DNA of 64,000 bases from Candidatus Oxydemutatoraceae bacterium (GCA_965218975.1 OZ244717.1:1376001-1440000), one strand, 5' to 3'; shown: positions 8,374 through 18,775, counted from the stretch's first letter. The notes: generated by a model from the letters alone, not told the origin. Made by a program: numbers and translations.

Positions 8374-9759
8374 TTATCGTGCCGCGTTCAGATAAAAGTA
8401 TTCGGTTTTTTTGCCTTTTTTAAGGACAATGAAATTTGCTGTAATGCTATTGATTGTGTACCCATTATCAAGTTGGGCGCCTTCGCTATAATGTTGCCCA
8501 TTACGCATGATGATGTGCGGATTTTCCCCGAAACCGATTCCGCGGATGTCTAGCTTTATCTGCGAATTGCGACTATTGTCGCTTTCAAGTGCCCATACAG
8601 CCAATGGTTTAGAGTTAAATTTATTATTAAAAGCCTCTTTTATTCGGGTTAACTGTTCTTGTTGTTCCTGATTTAATTTTCCTGAAAGGACTACGCCTTG
8701 CTGTGTTTCTGAAATTTTGACTTGTTTACTTAGCTGTATATCAGCCAACATCTGCTTCAATATCTCAATCCGGTCCTTTTGTGTCTGAACCTCGTCTTTC
8801 AGGTTATGGTAATTTTTAACATCGTGTTTTAATGTTTCTATCACTTCCGACCATTCCGCTTTATCTTTGGCATAACCTTTCAGGATGAAGTCGCCGGGCG
8901 AATCTGCAACCGCTGTTACTTCAACATGATTGTTTTCATCGCGGCTAAGAAATTCATCGACAATTGCGGATATGGCGTACATGGTTTTTTCCGCAGAGAT
9001 AATTTTTATTTCAGCATGAATGTCTATTTCCTTCAGCTGATTCAATAACCGCTTGCGGTTGATTTCAGTATCGATATAGCCCGTAATTTCCAGTAAATTT
9101 TTATTCGGATTTATTTCATTTACATCAATTTTGGTATTATATTTGTCTGCGATCAGCATGATTCGGTTAATTTGCTCCGGTCCAAGTAACGTATGTTTCT
9201 CATCTTCCGGCATCATTAGCCAAGTGCTTAGCACAGTAAGGAGAATACCAATGGGCAGTACGATAGCGAGTAAATAAGCCCAAGAAAAAGACTTTTTACC
9301 GGCATCATCCGATTTTGTTTTAGCCTTTTTTATGCCGTCTTCATCGCTACGGCTTGAATCATTGACGTCATCTGTTTTTTGAGCATCGTCACTTTTTGCT
9401 TGTGCCGGATTTATTTTGTTATCCCAAAGCAAGTCTATTGTTGGCCACTCTGCGTCAGAAGGTCCCGTTGCCAGGAACAAAGTTCCGATGGTAATCACTT
9501 GGAAAGGGTTGAGTAGAGTGGTTTTTTCAGTGAATTTTTCGCCGTCGATATAAATGGGTTTTTCGGTATCCAATAATGTTAAATGCGCTCCCGACTTATC
9601 GCTACGTAAGCTGATATGTTTGCCGGAGAGGCTGACATCGTCTAAAACCAAATCGCAACTTTCATCCTTTCCCAAAACGGCTTCTTTATCCGACAAAACT
9701 ATTTCGGCGCCGATATGAGTGCCCGATAATATTTTTAAAATCCAGGAATTGTTCGACAT
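8374..9759 (-). CDS. sctD: Type III secretion inner-membrane ring protein SctD (YscD/EscD/HrpQ family)
   Basis: N-terminal FHA-like domain (LKILSGTHIGAEIVL...CDLVLDD...H), a single TM segment, periplasmic ring domains and a YscD-like C-terminus (GQHYSEGAQLDNGYTINSIT). Confidence 0.8.
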   Translation of the reverse strand: MSNNSWILKILSGTHIGAEIVLSDKEAVLGKDESCDLVLDDVSLSGKHISLRSDKSGAHLTLLDTEKPIYIDGEKFTEKTTLLNPFQVITIGTLFLATGPSDAEWPTIDLLWDNKINPAQAKSDDAQKTDDVNDSSRSDEDGIKKAKTKSDDAGKKSFSWAYLLAIVLPIGILLTVLSTWLMMPEDEKHTLLGPEQINRIMLIADKYNTKIDVNEINPNKNLLEITGYIDTEINRKRLLNQLKEIDIHAEIKIISAEKTMYAISAIVDEFLSRDENNHVEVTAVADSPGDFILKGYAKDKAEWSEVIETLKHDVKNYHNLKDEVQTQKDRIEILKQMLADIQLSKQVKISETQQGVVLSGKLNQEQQEQLTRIKEAFNNKFNSKPLAVWALESDNSRNSQIKLDIRGIGFGENPHIIMRNGQHYSEGAQLDNGYTINSITANFIVLKKGKKTEYFYLNAAR

Positions 9760-9925
9760 GACACCTTTGTCTGAGAGAAAGTATTTTATTCTATTATAGA
9801 AAAACCTTTTTCTTTCTGTTGTTTTTGTTCTTTTTAGCGCATCATTCCTAGTTTGTCGGAGTGATAACGGGGAATGACGGCGTCAAATGCAGCGCTCATG
9901 ATATTGAGGCAATCAGGCGCCTTTA

Positions 9926-10002
9926 AAGCACCGATCCGAATGTTACTGCCGAATGCTTCTCCCGAAGCTTTTCAAAAATCGCATTTAGGGTGGCATCGTA
10001 CA
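9926..10002 (+). mobile_element. Isolated IS481 right-end fragment
   Basis: caccgatccgaatgttactgccgaatgc...aaaaatcgcatttagggtggcatcgtaca matches the IS ends at 6186 (reverse complement) and 20487. Confidence 0.8.
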
Positions 10003-10123
10003 GGCTATTGTTTTATCTTATTTTTGATTATATGATTAGCCGCTTTATTGATTTAGCTAAAGTTAGGGAAGCCTTTCCGGAATGCATACCGGATATTTAT
10101 GGCGAATACAGTAGGAGGCAATA

Positions 10124-11038
10124 ATGACTCTGCATCAGCTGGAAATTGTTGCTATGTTGTTAAAAAGTAATTTTAATATCTCAATCACTGCCGGAAAACT
10201 AAACCGGGTGCAATCAAGCATTAGCCATCAATTGCACTTGCTTGAGCATGAAGTCGGCGGCCGTTTGTTTGAGCGGCATGGGAAGCGTTTAACCGGAGTT
10301 ACGCCATTGTGCCGCAGTTTACTTCCGGATATTGAAAATGCCTTACAGGCCAAAAAGAACATTGGTTTGATCGTCGACGAGCACACCGATACGGATAGCG
10401 GTTTTCTCAGAATTGCCACGACTCATACCCAAGCACGCTATTTTTTGCCTCAAGCAGTTAAAACCTTCAGACGTAAATACCCTAAGGTGCAATTGGTTTT
10501 CTATTTGGACAGCCCGATAAAATTTTCCGAGCTTTTAAAGAGGCATGAAATTGATCTTGCTGTTTCCGTTGAGAGCGCCGAACAAATCCCCGAACTTGCG
10601 GAGAAAAAATGCTATAGTTGGAATCGAAGCTTTGTGGTTTGCCGCGGGCATCCTTTGGCAATCGGACCGTTAAGTCTCCAAGCAATCGCTGAATACCCTA
10701 TTATCACATATATGCACGGTTTTGCCGACCGCGATATCATAGAACAAACGTTTCACAATGCCAAAATTGATATCGACGTTGCTTTTAGCGCCGGTGATAC
10801 CGATGTAATCAAGACCTATGTGGAACTTAATTTGGGAGTGGGGATTGTGGCACAAATGGCCCAATCGCCTGCGGCCGACAAAGACCTAGTCTTTCGTAGC
10901 TTAGAACATTTGTTTGAAGGTTCGACAACTCGGGTGGTGTATCTGAAAGAACAGCCTCAACGTCAATATATGCGCGACTTTATCAATATTTTGCACGCTC
11001 TGGGACAGGACTTTGAAGCAAAATTAAAGCAAGCTTAA
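10124..11038 (+). CDS. cysB: LysR-family regulator, CysB/Cbl type
   Basis: MTLHQL HTH start; IATTHTQARYFLP and DTDVIKTYVELNLGVGIVA motifs; AGGAGG RBS. Confidence 0.85.
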   Translation: MTLHQLEIVAMLLKSNFNISITAGKLNRVQSSISHQLHLLEHEVGGRLFERHGKRLTGVTPLCRSLLPDIENALQAKKNIGLIVDEHTDTDSGFLRIATTHTQARYFLPQAVKTFRRKYPKVQLVFYLDSPIKFSELLKRHEIDLAVSVESAEQIPELAEKKCYSWNRSFVVCRGHPLAIGPLSLQAIAEYPIITYMHGFADRDIIEQTFHNAKIDIDVAFSAGDTDVIKTYVELNLGVGIVAQMAQSPAADKDLVFRSLEHLFEGSTTRVVYLKEQPQRQYMRDFINILHALGQDFEAKLKQA

Positions 11039-11050
11039 TTGCGCTTTACG

Positions 11051-11524
11051 ATGCGAGAAGCGCTTTCAATTATTTTTATTTGTTCGCAAAATACTTGCCG
11101 TTCCATCGCAGCGGAAGCTGTTTTTACTTATTTGATAACCGAAACAAAAATGCGGTTTCAAGTCGCGTCATCGGGAACGGATGCGGTACGTGACCGCCGT
11201 CCTGATATCGGCATTCGTCAAGCCGCAGAGTTACGTGGATATTCGCTGGAGAATTATTATTCCAAGCCTCTGCAAGACTCGGATTTGCTTACGTTTGATT
11301 ATTTATTAGCAATGGATCGGTCTATTCTGCGCAAAGTGCGAATTCGCGCTAAAAAAGAGCGTGAAAGTAAAATAAGACTGCTAGGTGATTACTCAAGTTT
11401 TTTTCATGGGAAGGAAATTTTATATCCCGCTTCTCAAGAAATACGTGACTTTATCTGTGTGTTTGATTACATTGAGGATGCTTGTTTAGGTCTGTGGAAG
11501 CACTTAACGCAAGCAATGAGGTGA
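11051..11524 (+). CDS. Low-molecular-weight protein-tyrosine phosphatase-like protein
   Basis: P-loop CSQNTCRS (CX5R), SSGT and FDYLLAMD motifs; the DPY loop is degenerate. ATG 11051 is preferred over TTG 11039. Confidence 0.8.
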   Translation: MREALSIIFICSQNTCRSIAAEAVFTYLITETKMRFQVASSGTDAVRDRRPDIGIRQAAELRGYSLENYYSKPLQDSDLLTFDYLLAMDRSILRKVRIRAKKERESKIRLLGDYSSFFHGKEILYPASQEIRDFICVFDYIEDACLGLWKHLTQAMR

Positions 11525-11546
11525 ATCAATCCGCTGCCAATGGGGC

Positions 11547-12029
11547 TTATAAGCGCGTCGGATTTGCTTGCTCTTTATAGACTTCTTCCGGGTCAAACAT
11601 TTTTTCTTTGTCGATTCTTTCAAGTTTAATCCGATGCGGCTGTTCGGTTAAAACTGCGCGATAAAAACAAGAGCGATAGCCGACATGACAACTCGCTTTG
11701 CCGCCAACGTCCACTTTCAACCAAATTGCATCTTGATCATCATCCACTAAAATCTTCCGAACTTTTTGGATAAAACCACTGGTCGCTCCTTTGTGCCACA
11801 ATACTTTGCGGCTACGGCTCCAGTAGTATGCTTCGCCGGTTTCGATTGTTTTAAGCAATGCCTCGGCATTCATGTAGCCGAGCATCAAGACTTCACCGCT
11901 ATCATAGTCTGTGGTGACAACCGCAATTAAACCATCATTATTGAATTTCGGTGCGAGTTCAAGACCTTCCTCAATTTGTTTGACACTATTGCGTTGCGTA
12001 AAAGGGACCGAGGCGTTGGCATCAATCAT
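11547..12029 (-). CDS. hisI: Phosphoribosyl-AMP cyclohydrolase
   Basis: VLMLGYMN, YYWSRSR..LWHKGATSG and SCHVGYRSCFY motifs. Confidence 0.9.
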   Translation of the reverse strand: MIDANASVPFTQRNSVKQIEEGLELAPKFNNDGLIAVVTTDYDSGEVLMLGYMNAEALLKTIETGEAYYWSRSRKVLWHKGATSGFIQKVRKILVDDDQDAIWLKVDVGGKASCHVGYRSCFYRAVLTEQPHRIKLERIDKEKMFDPEEVYKEQANPTRL

Positions 12030-12105
12030 AATTTTTCTATACGGTTATTTTGAAAGCAGTTTTTGCAAAATTGTAGCAGGAAATTTGTCGAATTGCCGGT
12101 ATTCA

Positions 12106-12342
12106 TTACTTCCCTTTGGGGGGAATCGGATCTCTGCCGCCGACGGAAAAGGGATGGCAATGGCACACGCGCCGGAGTATTAAATACATCCCGTAGCATA
12201 CGCCGTGCATTTTTAGTGCTTGCACCGCATATTCCGAACAGCTAGGGGTGAAGCGGCAGCTTTGCCGGGTAAACGGTGTGATCAGGTAGCGGTAGGCGTA
12301 AATCAACCCAAGCAAGAATTGAACGACTATTTTCTGCGCCAT
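12106..12342 (-). CDS. yidD: Membrane protein insertion efficiency factor
   Basis: YRYLITP..SCRFTPSCSEYA...RVCHCHPF..GGRDPIP; start at MAQK. Confidence 0.9.
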   Translation of the reverse strand: MAQKIVVQFLLGLIYAYRYLITPFTRQSCRFTPSCSEYAVQALKMHGVCYGMYLILRRVCHCHPFSVGGRDPIPPKGK

Positions 12343-13688
12343 TGAGTTTGCCCCGCCTTGTCTTCCAAACAAATGCCCGCCGTGCTGAGTTGTTCGCGTA
12401 TTTGATCGGCTTGTGCATAATTACGTTTGTTGCGTGCTTCCTCGCGCTGTACTATCAGCGCTTCGATGGAAGCATCGCCCAAAGTGTTTTGGGTTGCCGG
12501 TGCTCTCCGGAACCATGCTTGCGGGTCTGCATGCATCAGCCCCAATTGGTGTGCTGAAGAAATCAAGGTTCTAATTTGATTATCGCGGCGCAGCTCATGC
12601 AATCGCACAATTGCTTGCGGAGTGTTTAAATCATCGCATAGCGCTTTCATTACTGCGGGGTCCGGTTTGCCATCCATAATGTTCCCGCTCGCATCAAAAT
12701 TTACTTTGGCATCCAATATGCTGCGGTACATTTTATCCAAATTTGTTTTTGCTTCCGTCAACTTACTCTCGGTCCAGTTTAACGGCTTACGATAGTGAGT
12801 ATTGAGCAGAGTATAGCGGATTACTTCGCCGTCGTGCCGTTCTAATACTTCGCGTAGAGTAAAAAAGTTGTTCAACGATTTAGACATTTTTTCACTGTTG
12901 ACCGTGATATAGCCATTATGTACCCAATAGCGGGCAAATATCTCTTGGTTATAAGCGCAGCAACTTTGCGCAATCTCATTTTCATGGTGGGGAAATATCA
13001 AATCTTGTCCGCCGCCATGGATGTCAATGACTCGATCAAGATGCACTTTTGCCATAGCTGAGCATTCCAAATGCCAGCCGGGACGGCCTCTTCCCCACGG
13101 ACTATCCCAACCAGGTTGGTCGATAGAGGAGGGTTTCCATAAAATAAAATCGGCGGGGTTTTTTTTGTAATCGGCAACTTCAACTCGTGCGCCGGCAATC
13201 ATATCCTCAACATTGCGTTTAGACAGCTGTCCGTATGTGGGCATGGCGGTTACATCGAATAAAATATTTCCGCTTGCTTCATAGGCAAATTTTTTGGCAA
13301 TAAGTTGTTCGACCATATCAATCATCTGCGGCAAATGTTCGGTTGCACGAGGTTCTACGGTTGGCGGCAAGGTGTTGAGTCGTGCAATGTCATTGTGGAA
13401 TGCTTTGCTGTAAGTTTCGGTAACCTCGTTGCATGTTTGGCTATTATCTTTTGCCGTTTGGATAATTTTGTCGTCAATATCGGTAATATTACGTACATAA
13501 ACCACCTCCGGGTAAATTAATTTCAGCAGACGGAATAAGGTATCGAAAATGACTATCGGTCGCGCGTTACCGATATGTATGTAATTATACACCGTCGGTC
13601 CGCAAACATACATCAATACTCGTTGTCGGTTGATCGGTTCAAATCCTTCGTGTTTTGCGCTGAGTGTATTGAAAAGTCTAATCACCAT
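12327..13688 (-). CDS. cysS: Cysteine--tRNA ligase
   Basis: CGPTVY..HIGN, GRPGWHLECSAM and KMSKS motifs. Confidence 0.97.
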   Translation of the reverse strand: MVIRLFNTLSAKHEGFEPINRQRVLMYVCGPTVYNYIHIGNARPIVIFDTLFRLLKLIYPEVVYVRNITDIDDKIIQTAKDNSQTCNEVTETYSKAFHNDIARLNTLPPTVEPRATEHLPQMIDMVEQLIAKKFAYEASGNILFDVTAMPTYGQLSKRNVEDMIAGARVEVADYKKNPADFILWKPSSIDQPGWDSPWGRGRPGWHLECSAMAKVHLDRVIDIHGGGQDLIFPHHENEIAQSCCAYNQEIFARYWVHNGYITVNSEKMSKSLNNFFTLREVLERHDGEVIRYTLLNTHYRKPLNWTESKLTEAKTNLDKMYRSILDAKVNFDASGNIMDGKPDPAVMKALCDDLNTPQAIVRLHELRRDNQIRTLISSAHQLGLMHADPQAWFRRAPATQNTLGDASIEALIVQREEARNKRNYAQADQIREQLSTAGICLEDKAGQTQWRRK

Positions 13689-13707
13689 TGATCATCCGTA
13701 GTATCGG

Positions 13708-15837
13708 CTATTGTTGTTGTTTCGTTTCTACCTGCGTCAGTCCCGTTGGTTTGGAAAACTTTGGCATATCATCACTTTGGGTTTGTTTGGATGCGGGAGC
13801 GGACGAGGTCGCCGGATCATATACGCCTTGTTGCGATAATGAGGAATGATCACCGGTTGGTTTTTCCGATGTTGACAGTTTGTTTATCGACGTATTTTCT
13901 GTCGTCGCTTGATCGGCGGAAGATGAGCGTCGTGCCGCTTTCTCTTTCGATGCCTGTCGATAAGGTTTTCGACTCGATTGGCGGCTACGGGAAATCTCCG
14001 CTGGTTTGCTTTCGCTTTGCCGTTGACGATTTGAATATTCGTTGTTTTTGCGCCGCGTCAACTGTTTGTTATTTTGGCGACGACCATTGCCGCGTCTTCT
14101 ACGGTAACGATTATTATTCGACGGCAGTTTTTGCGGTCCCATTTGCTGCGATGACTTTTCCGTCGCAGGCTTACGGGTAAACAATGAATCGAAAAACTTT
14201 CTAAGAAATGAGCTTACCGGGGCTGGTCTGTCCGGTATAATCGGACTGACTGCCGGCAGCTCTTGAGGTCGAGTTACTTTTTTTTCAATCTGCCGGATTA
14301 CATTGTTGGCATAAAAATCATCGCGTGGATTGTCAAACTCGTAGCTAAGTTTTTTTTTCATTTCTTTGTCATCAACTCGATAGCGGCTGATTTGAAAATG
14401 TGGTATTTCCATACGAATATCCGGGACCACAGTTAACTGCACGCCATACCGCTTAGAGATATCGTTGATGCTCTTTCTTTTTTCATTGAGGAGATAACTT
14501 GTGACTTCAAGCGGTAAATGGGCGACTACTTGACCGGTTTTTTCTTTGCTTGCCTCGTCTTCCATCATTCGCAATACCGCGATGGCGCTGGACTTCAAAG
14601 TACGGATATTACCGCTACCGTTACACCTGGGGCAGGTAATGTAGCTAACATCACCTAATGAAGGATGTAGGCGTTGCCGCGACATTTCTAACAAACCGAA
14701 GCGTGAAATTCGTCCGAGTTGAACTTTTGCTCGGTCTTGCATCATAGCATTGGTCAAAGCATTTTCAACTTTTCTTTGGTTGGAAGTTGAAAGCATGTCA
14801 ATGAAGTCAACTACTATCAATCCGCCGACATCGCGTAAGCGCAGTTGTAATGCTATTTCTTCACATGCTTCAAGGTTAATTGCCAGAGCGGTTTCTTCAA
14901 TATCTTTTCCCTTGGTTGCTCTTCCGGAATTAATATCAATCGATAATAATGCTTCGGTATGGTCGAATACCAGCGATCCTCCGGAAGCCAGACTAATTTC
15001 GTGTTTATAAGCTGTTTCAATTTTTCCTTCAATCTGGTAATGGCTGAATATCGGGACAGTGCCTTCATATAGATGCACGCGGTCGGTATGTGTCGGCATA
15101 ATTATTTTCACAAACTTTTCGGCGCGTGCATAAACTTCTCGGGTGTCAACCACCACCTCGTTGGTATCGTCTTTGAAATGATCGCGCAAGGAGCGGATAA
15201 CAATATCGTTTTCTTGATAGACTAAAAAAGGCGCTGGCCTCCCTTTTGCCGCTTTAACAATGGCCACCCACAGCTTGCGCAGATAGTTTAGGTCCCATTG
15301 TAAATTCTTCTCGTTACGTCCGATTCCGGCAGTGCGTACAATCAGACCTTCCTCTTTCTCTAATGTAATTTGTTCAAGCACCAGATGCGCTTCTTCACGT
15401 TTCTGACCGCGGATTCGACGTGACACGCCATTGGCACATGCGTTATTGGGCATTAGAACAAGATAGCGTCCGGCAAGGCTGATGTAAGTTGTAAGGGCAG
15501 CGCCTTTCGTTCCTCGCTCTTCACGCTGGATTTGAACTAAAACTTGCTGTCCTTCTTTCAGCAAATTTGCATTTAAAGTATCAGGTATCCGATCGTTTTG
15601 GTGATAATAAGATTCGGTAATATCCTTAAACGGCAGAAAACCATGCCGGGCACCGCCGTAATTTACAAATACGGCGTTAAGGCTCGGTTCAATACGGGTG
15701 ATACTTCCTTTATAGATATTACTTTTTTTCTGACGAAGAGAGGGTATCTCTATGTCTAGGTCGAGTAGTTTTTGGCCATCTACGATGGCGACTCGAAGTT
15801 CTTCTTGTTGGGCTGCATTGATAAGGATTCTTTTCAT
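13708..15837 (-). CDS. rne: Ribonuclease E
   Basis: MKRILINA..EELRVA start, S1 domain, IDINSG, CPRC Zn-link and an Arg-rich disordered C-terminus. Confidence 0.95.
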   Translation of the reverse strand: MKRILINAAQQEELRVAIVDGQKLLDLDIEIPSLRQKKSNIYKGSITRIEPSLNAVFVNYGGARHGFLPFKDITESYYHQNDRIPDTLNANLLKEGQQVLVQIQREERGTKGAALTTYISLAGRYLVLMPNNACANGVSRRIRGQKREEAHLVLEQITLEKEEGLIVRTAGIGRNEKNLQWDLNYLRKLWVAIVKAAKGRPAPFLVYQENDIVIRSLRDHFKDDTNEVVVDTREVYARAEKFVKIIMPTHTDRVHLYEGTVPIFSHYQIEGKIETAYKHEISLASGGSLVFDHTEALLSIDINSGRATKGKDIEETALAINLEACEEIALQLRLRDVGGLIVVDFIDMLSTSNQRKVENALTNAMMQDRAKVQLGRISRFGLLEMSRQRLHPSLGDVSYITCPRCNGSGNIRTLKSSAIAVLRMMEDEASKEKTGQVVAHLPLEVTSYLLNEKRKSINDISKRYGVQLTVVPDIRMEIPHFQISRYRVDDKEMKKKLSYEFDNPRDDFYANNVIRQIEKKVTRPQELPAVSPIIPDRPAPVSSFLRKFFDSLFTRKPATEKSSQQMGPQKLPSNNNRYRRRRGNGRRQNNKQLTRRKNNEYSNRQRQSESKPAEISRSRQSSRKPYRQASKEKAARRSSSADQATTENTSINKLSTSEKPTGDHSSLSQQGVYDPATSSAPASKQTQSDDMPKFSKPTGLTQVETKQQQ

Positions 15838-16151
15838 TGTTCGTCCATTTATATTGATACGCTACTGTGTGGCACTCGTGCGTTTTTTCGAATAAATTGA
15901 GCAGGGACCGCTGTATGATGGGTAAAGTCATCGGATTAAAATTTTGAGTTTTTTCTTGTAGCAATGTTAGAATGTAATCGCAATTCATTGAATTTTTTTC
16001 CACTATCCCCGCGGGATGTCCATATATTTATTGCCATGTCGGACATATTTTCATTTCCCCCCAAACATCATTTGCTTAATAATTGACCGTTTTTCGGTTG
16101 CTTAAACTGTTGATTCAAAAAGCTTTAAGCATTTGTAATGTTACTATACGT

Positions 16152-16180
16152 ATTTTACCGCAAGAGTCGGTTGCTTGCAA
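16152..16180 (-). promoter_or_regulatory. Candidate sigma70 promoter for rne (TTGCAA-17-TAAAAT), implying a ~300-nt 5' UTR
   Basis: Minus strand reads TTGCAA-gcaaccgactcttgcgg-TAAAAT; a long rne leader is known from E. coli autoregulation. Confidence 0.5.
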
Positions 16181-16185
16181 TATTT

Positions 16186-16578
16186 TGTATAGGTCCATAA
16201 CATTTGGCACTCCGGGTGGTGAGTCAGGAGCGAATGATGGGGGCGTTGGGTGTTGTAAAACACCAGCCATTGCGCCAATTCCCGGTTAAAGCAGGCTACA
16301 TCAATGAACAGAAGGTCCTCGTGGTAGTCCACGAATGATTCCTGCAAGCTGCGGTTGAAGCGCTTGATGTGCGCATTCATTTTCGGACACTTGGGATAGG
16401 GCAGCTGTTGTTCAATCACAGGTGATTCCCGGATGACCCGGGCGAACTGTCCTTGAAACTCGCTGCCGCTGTCCGCCGGGGCGTATTTCACTGGCGACGC
16501 GGACTTTATTACGGCCGTGCAAAGCCACTGAGCCCGGCGCGACGATAGCGTTGACGCCAACGATATAAAGTGCTGCAA
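16186..16578 (-). mobile_element. IS481-family transposase C-terminal remnant with right end
   Basis: DSGSEFQG..YPKCPKMNAHIKRFNRSLQESF..FYNTQRPHHSL..CQMLWTYT; terminus TGTATAGGTCC at 16186. Confidence 0.85.
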
Positions 16579-16764
16579 CTGATTTTGAGTGCATCCAAAG
16601 GTGCGTTTATCTCGTGTTTATTTTGGAATGCCGGGTTATCAAGTTTTTAGTTGAACGATTGTACTCGTTATTATCTTTGCTTTCGAAATCAGGCCGACAC
16701 GTACAGTACAATCAGTACAATATCAAATTAATTATAGGAGAGTGCTTTTTGGGGGGAGCAATCT

Positions 16765-17715
16765 ATGCATCCGAAAACTACAGATGATAGTATGCTAAAA
16801 AAAGGAGTTTGTCGACAAAACATTGACGCAGCCAGTGTCGGACGTCGAATCGACAACTATCTTTTTTCAATATTAAAAAAAGTTCCCCAAAGTCGTATTT
16901 ACCGGATGATTCGAAGCGGCGAAGTACGCGTTGATGGCAGCCGCGTGAAACCATATTATCGTCTGCAAGTAGGTGAGGAGATTCGCATACCGCCGGTACA
17001 GTTGAAGCGGCCCTCATCAACGCCGCTAATGATTGATTCTTGTGAAGAGCAACGCATACGCAAAAGTATTTTGTATGAAGATGATATTTTGCTCGTGCTG
17101 AATAAACCTGCCGGTTATGCGATGCATGCCGGTAGCCGTTGTAACATTGGTTTAACCGAGATGCTCCGGCAGTTATTTTATGCTTCGTTGGTACCGGTGC
17201 ATCGTTTGGACCAAGGCACGAGTGGCTGTCTGCTGTTTTCTAAAACCCGAAGTTCATTACGCGAGTTGCATCGTAATTTTCAACATCGATTGGTTAAAAA
17301 ACGGTATCTAGCTTTGGCGGTGGGGCGGTGGGATATGCGGCGAACTCGAGTAACGGCTCCGCTGACCGTACGTCATCGGCGACAAGGGCCAAATGTTCAA
17401 GTTGATGGGATGCAAGGATATGCGGCAGAGACTCAGTTCGAAATAGCGCGTAGGTTTGGTCAGGCGACATTGCTCCGAGTGTCTCCATTGAGCGGGCGTA
17501 TGCATCAAATCCGTGTACACGCCGCTTATTGCGGGTATCCCATCGCTGGTGATCAACGTTACGGCGACTTTGTAATGAATCGCTGGCTGAGAAGATTGGG
17601 GCTGAAACGTTTATTTTTACATGCGGAATATTTGGCATTTGATTTTAGTGGTCGGCACTATGCCTTTGATGCGCCATTACCCGATGAACTGTCACGGTTC
17701 TTGGATATACTATAG
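16765..17715 (+). CDS. rluC: 23S rRNA pseudouridine synthase RluC
   Basis: S4 domain, HRLDQGTSG and GRMHQIRVH motifs; divergent from rne as usual. Confidence 0.9.
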   Translation: MHPKTTDDSMLKKGVCRQNIDAASVGRRIDNYLFSILKKVPQSRIYRMIRSGEVRVDGSRVKPYYRLQVGEEIRIPPVQLKRPSSTPLMIDSCEEQRIRKSILYEDDILLVLNKPAGYAMHAGSRCNIGLTEMLRQLFYASLVPVHRLDQGTSGCLLFSKTRSSLRELHRNFQHRLVKKRYLALAVGRWDMRRTRVTAPLTVRHRRQGPNVQVDGMQGYAAETQFEIARRFGQATLLRVSPLSGRMHQIRVHAAYCGYPIAGDQRYGDFVMNRWLRRLGLKRLFLHAEYLAFDFSGRHYAFDAPLPDELSRFLDIL

Positions 17716-17832
17716 GATGGTTATCTACGCAACAGCGGAAATGAGAGTCTGTGCGGTACTGTCGGGATTTTCTCAATCCTGATTTTACCGCTGCCGATAA
17801 AACAATAAGTTGTTTTAATAAAGGAGGGTTTA

Positions 17833-18762
17833 ATGTTTGATGAGCAAGAAAAACAAGCACTGGTTCAATTTGCGAAAGAATCATTGAAGGAGAAACGGCG
17901 TGCGCGACGGTGGGGAATTTTCTTTAAATTGGCATTATTGTTCATCGTAGCCGCTGTTTTGCAGACAGTAAGACTCGAAAATATTGAGTTGCCTGGTAAA
18001 ACGGCTGAGCATACCGCGCTGGTAAAACTTGAAGGAATTATTTTACCAAACACTCCGGCGAGTTCGGATCAAATTAATTTGGCATTGATGAACGCATTTG
18101 AGAATGAGCAAGCAAGAGCCGTGATTTTGGAGTTGAATACTCCGGGCGGCAGCGCCGTTCAGTCAGCACGTATTTATAATGAAATAAAACGCCTGCGCGA
18201 CAAATACCCTGACAAGCCGATTTATGCTGTCGTCAATGATATTTGCACATCAGGTGGTATGTTTGTGGCGGTCGCTACGGATAGAATTTATGCTGACCCT
18301 GCAAGTTTGCTTGGTTCTATCGGTGTCATTATGAATGGCTTTGGTTTGGAAGAGATGATTGATAAGCTCGGCATCAAGCGCAGATTATTAACGGCAGGTG
18401 AACATAAAGCGATGTTGGACCCATTTCTTTCACAGAACTCTAAAGAAGTTGCCCATGTTCAAAAAATCTTGGATGAAGTGCACGCTTATTTTATCGGCAA
18501 AGTGAAAGAAGGGCGTGGCGATAAATTGGCGGAGGATGCTGATTTGTTCAGCGGGTTAATTTGGAATGGCGCTCAGGCGAAAGAGTTAGGATTAGTTGAT
18601 GAGTTCGGCGATGTAAAATACGTTGCGCGTGAAGTCGCAAAAATAGAGCGGATTGAAGAGTACCGCGGAAAAGAGGATTTATTTGAACGTTTGGCATTTT
18701 TTGTAAGCAAAGCCTTATCTTTGGCGCTAACGCAATCGCTTTTTCATCCCTTGATGTATTGA
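17833..18762 (+). CDS. sppA: S49 family signal peptide peptidase
   Basis: NTPGGS, CTSGG and GSIGVI motifs. Confidence 0.85.
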   Translation: MFDEQEKQALVQFAKESLKEKRRARRWGIFFKLALLFIVAAVLQTVRLENIELPGKTAEHTALVKLEGIILPNTPASSDQINLALMNAFENEQARAVILELNTPGGSAVQSARIYNEIKRLRDKYPDKPIYAVVNDICTSGGMFVAVATDRIYADPASLLGSIGVIMNGFGLEEMIDKLGIKRRLLTAGEHKAMLDPFLSQNSKEVAHVQKILDEVHAYFIGKVKEGRGDKLAEDADLFSGLIWNGAQAKELGLVDEFGDVKYVAREVAKIERIEEYRGKEDLFERLAFFVSKALSLALTQSLFHPLMY

Positions 18763-18775
18763 AAGTTGGCTTAAT

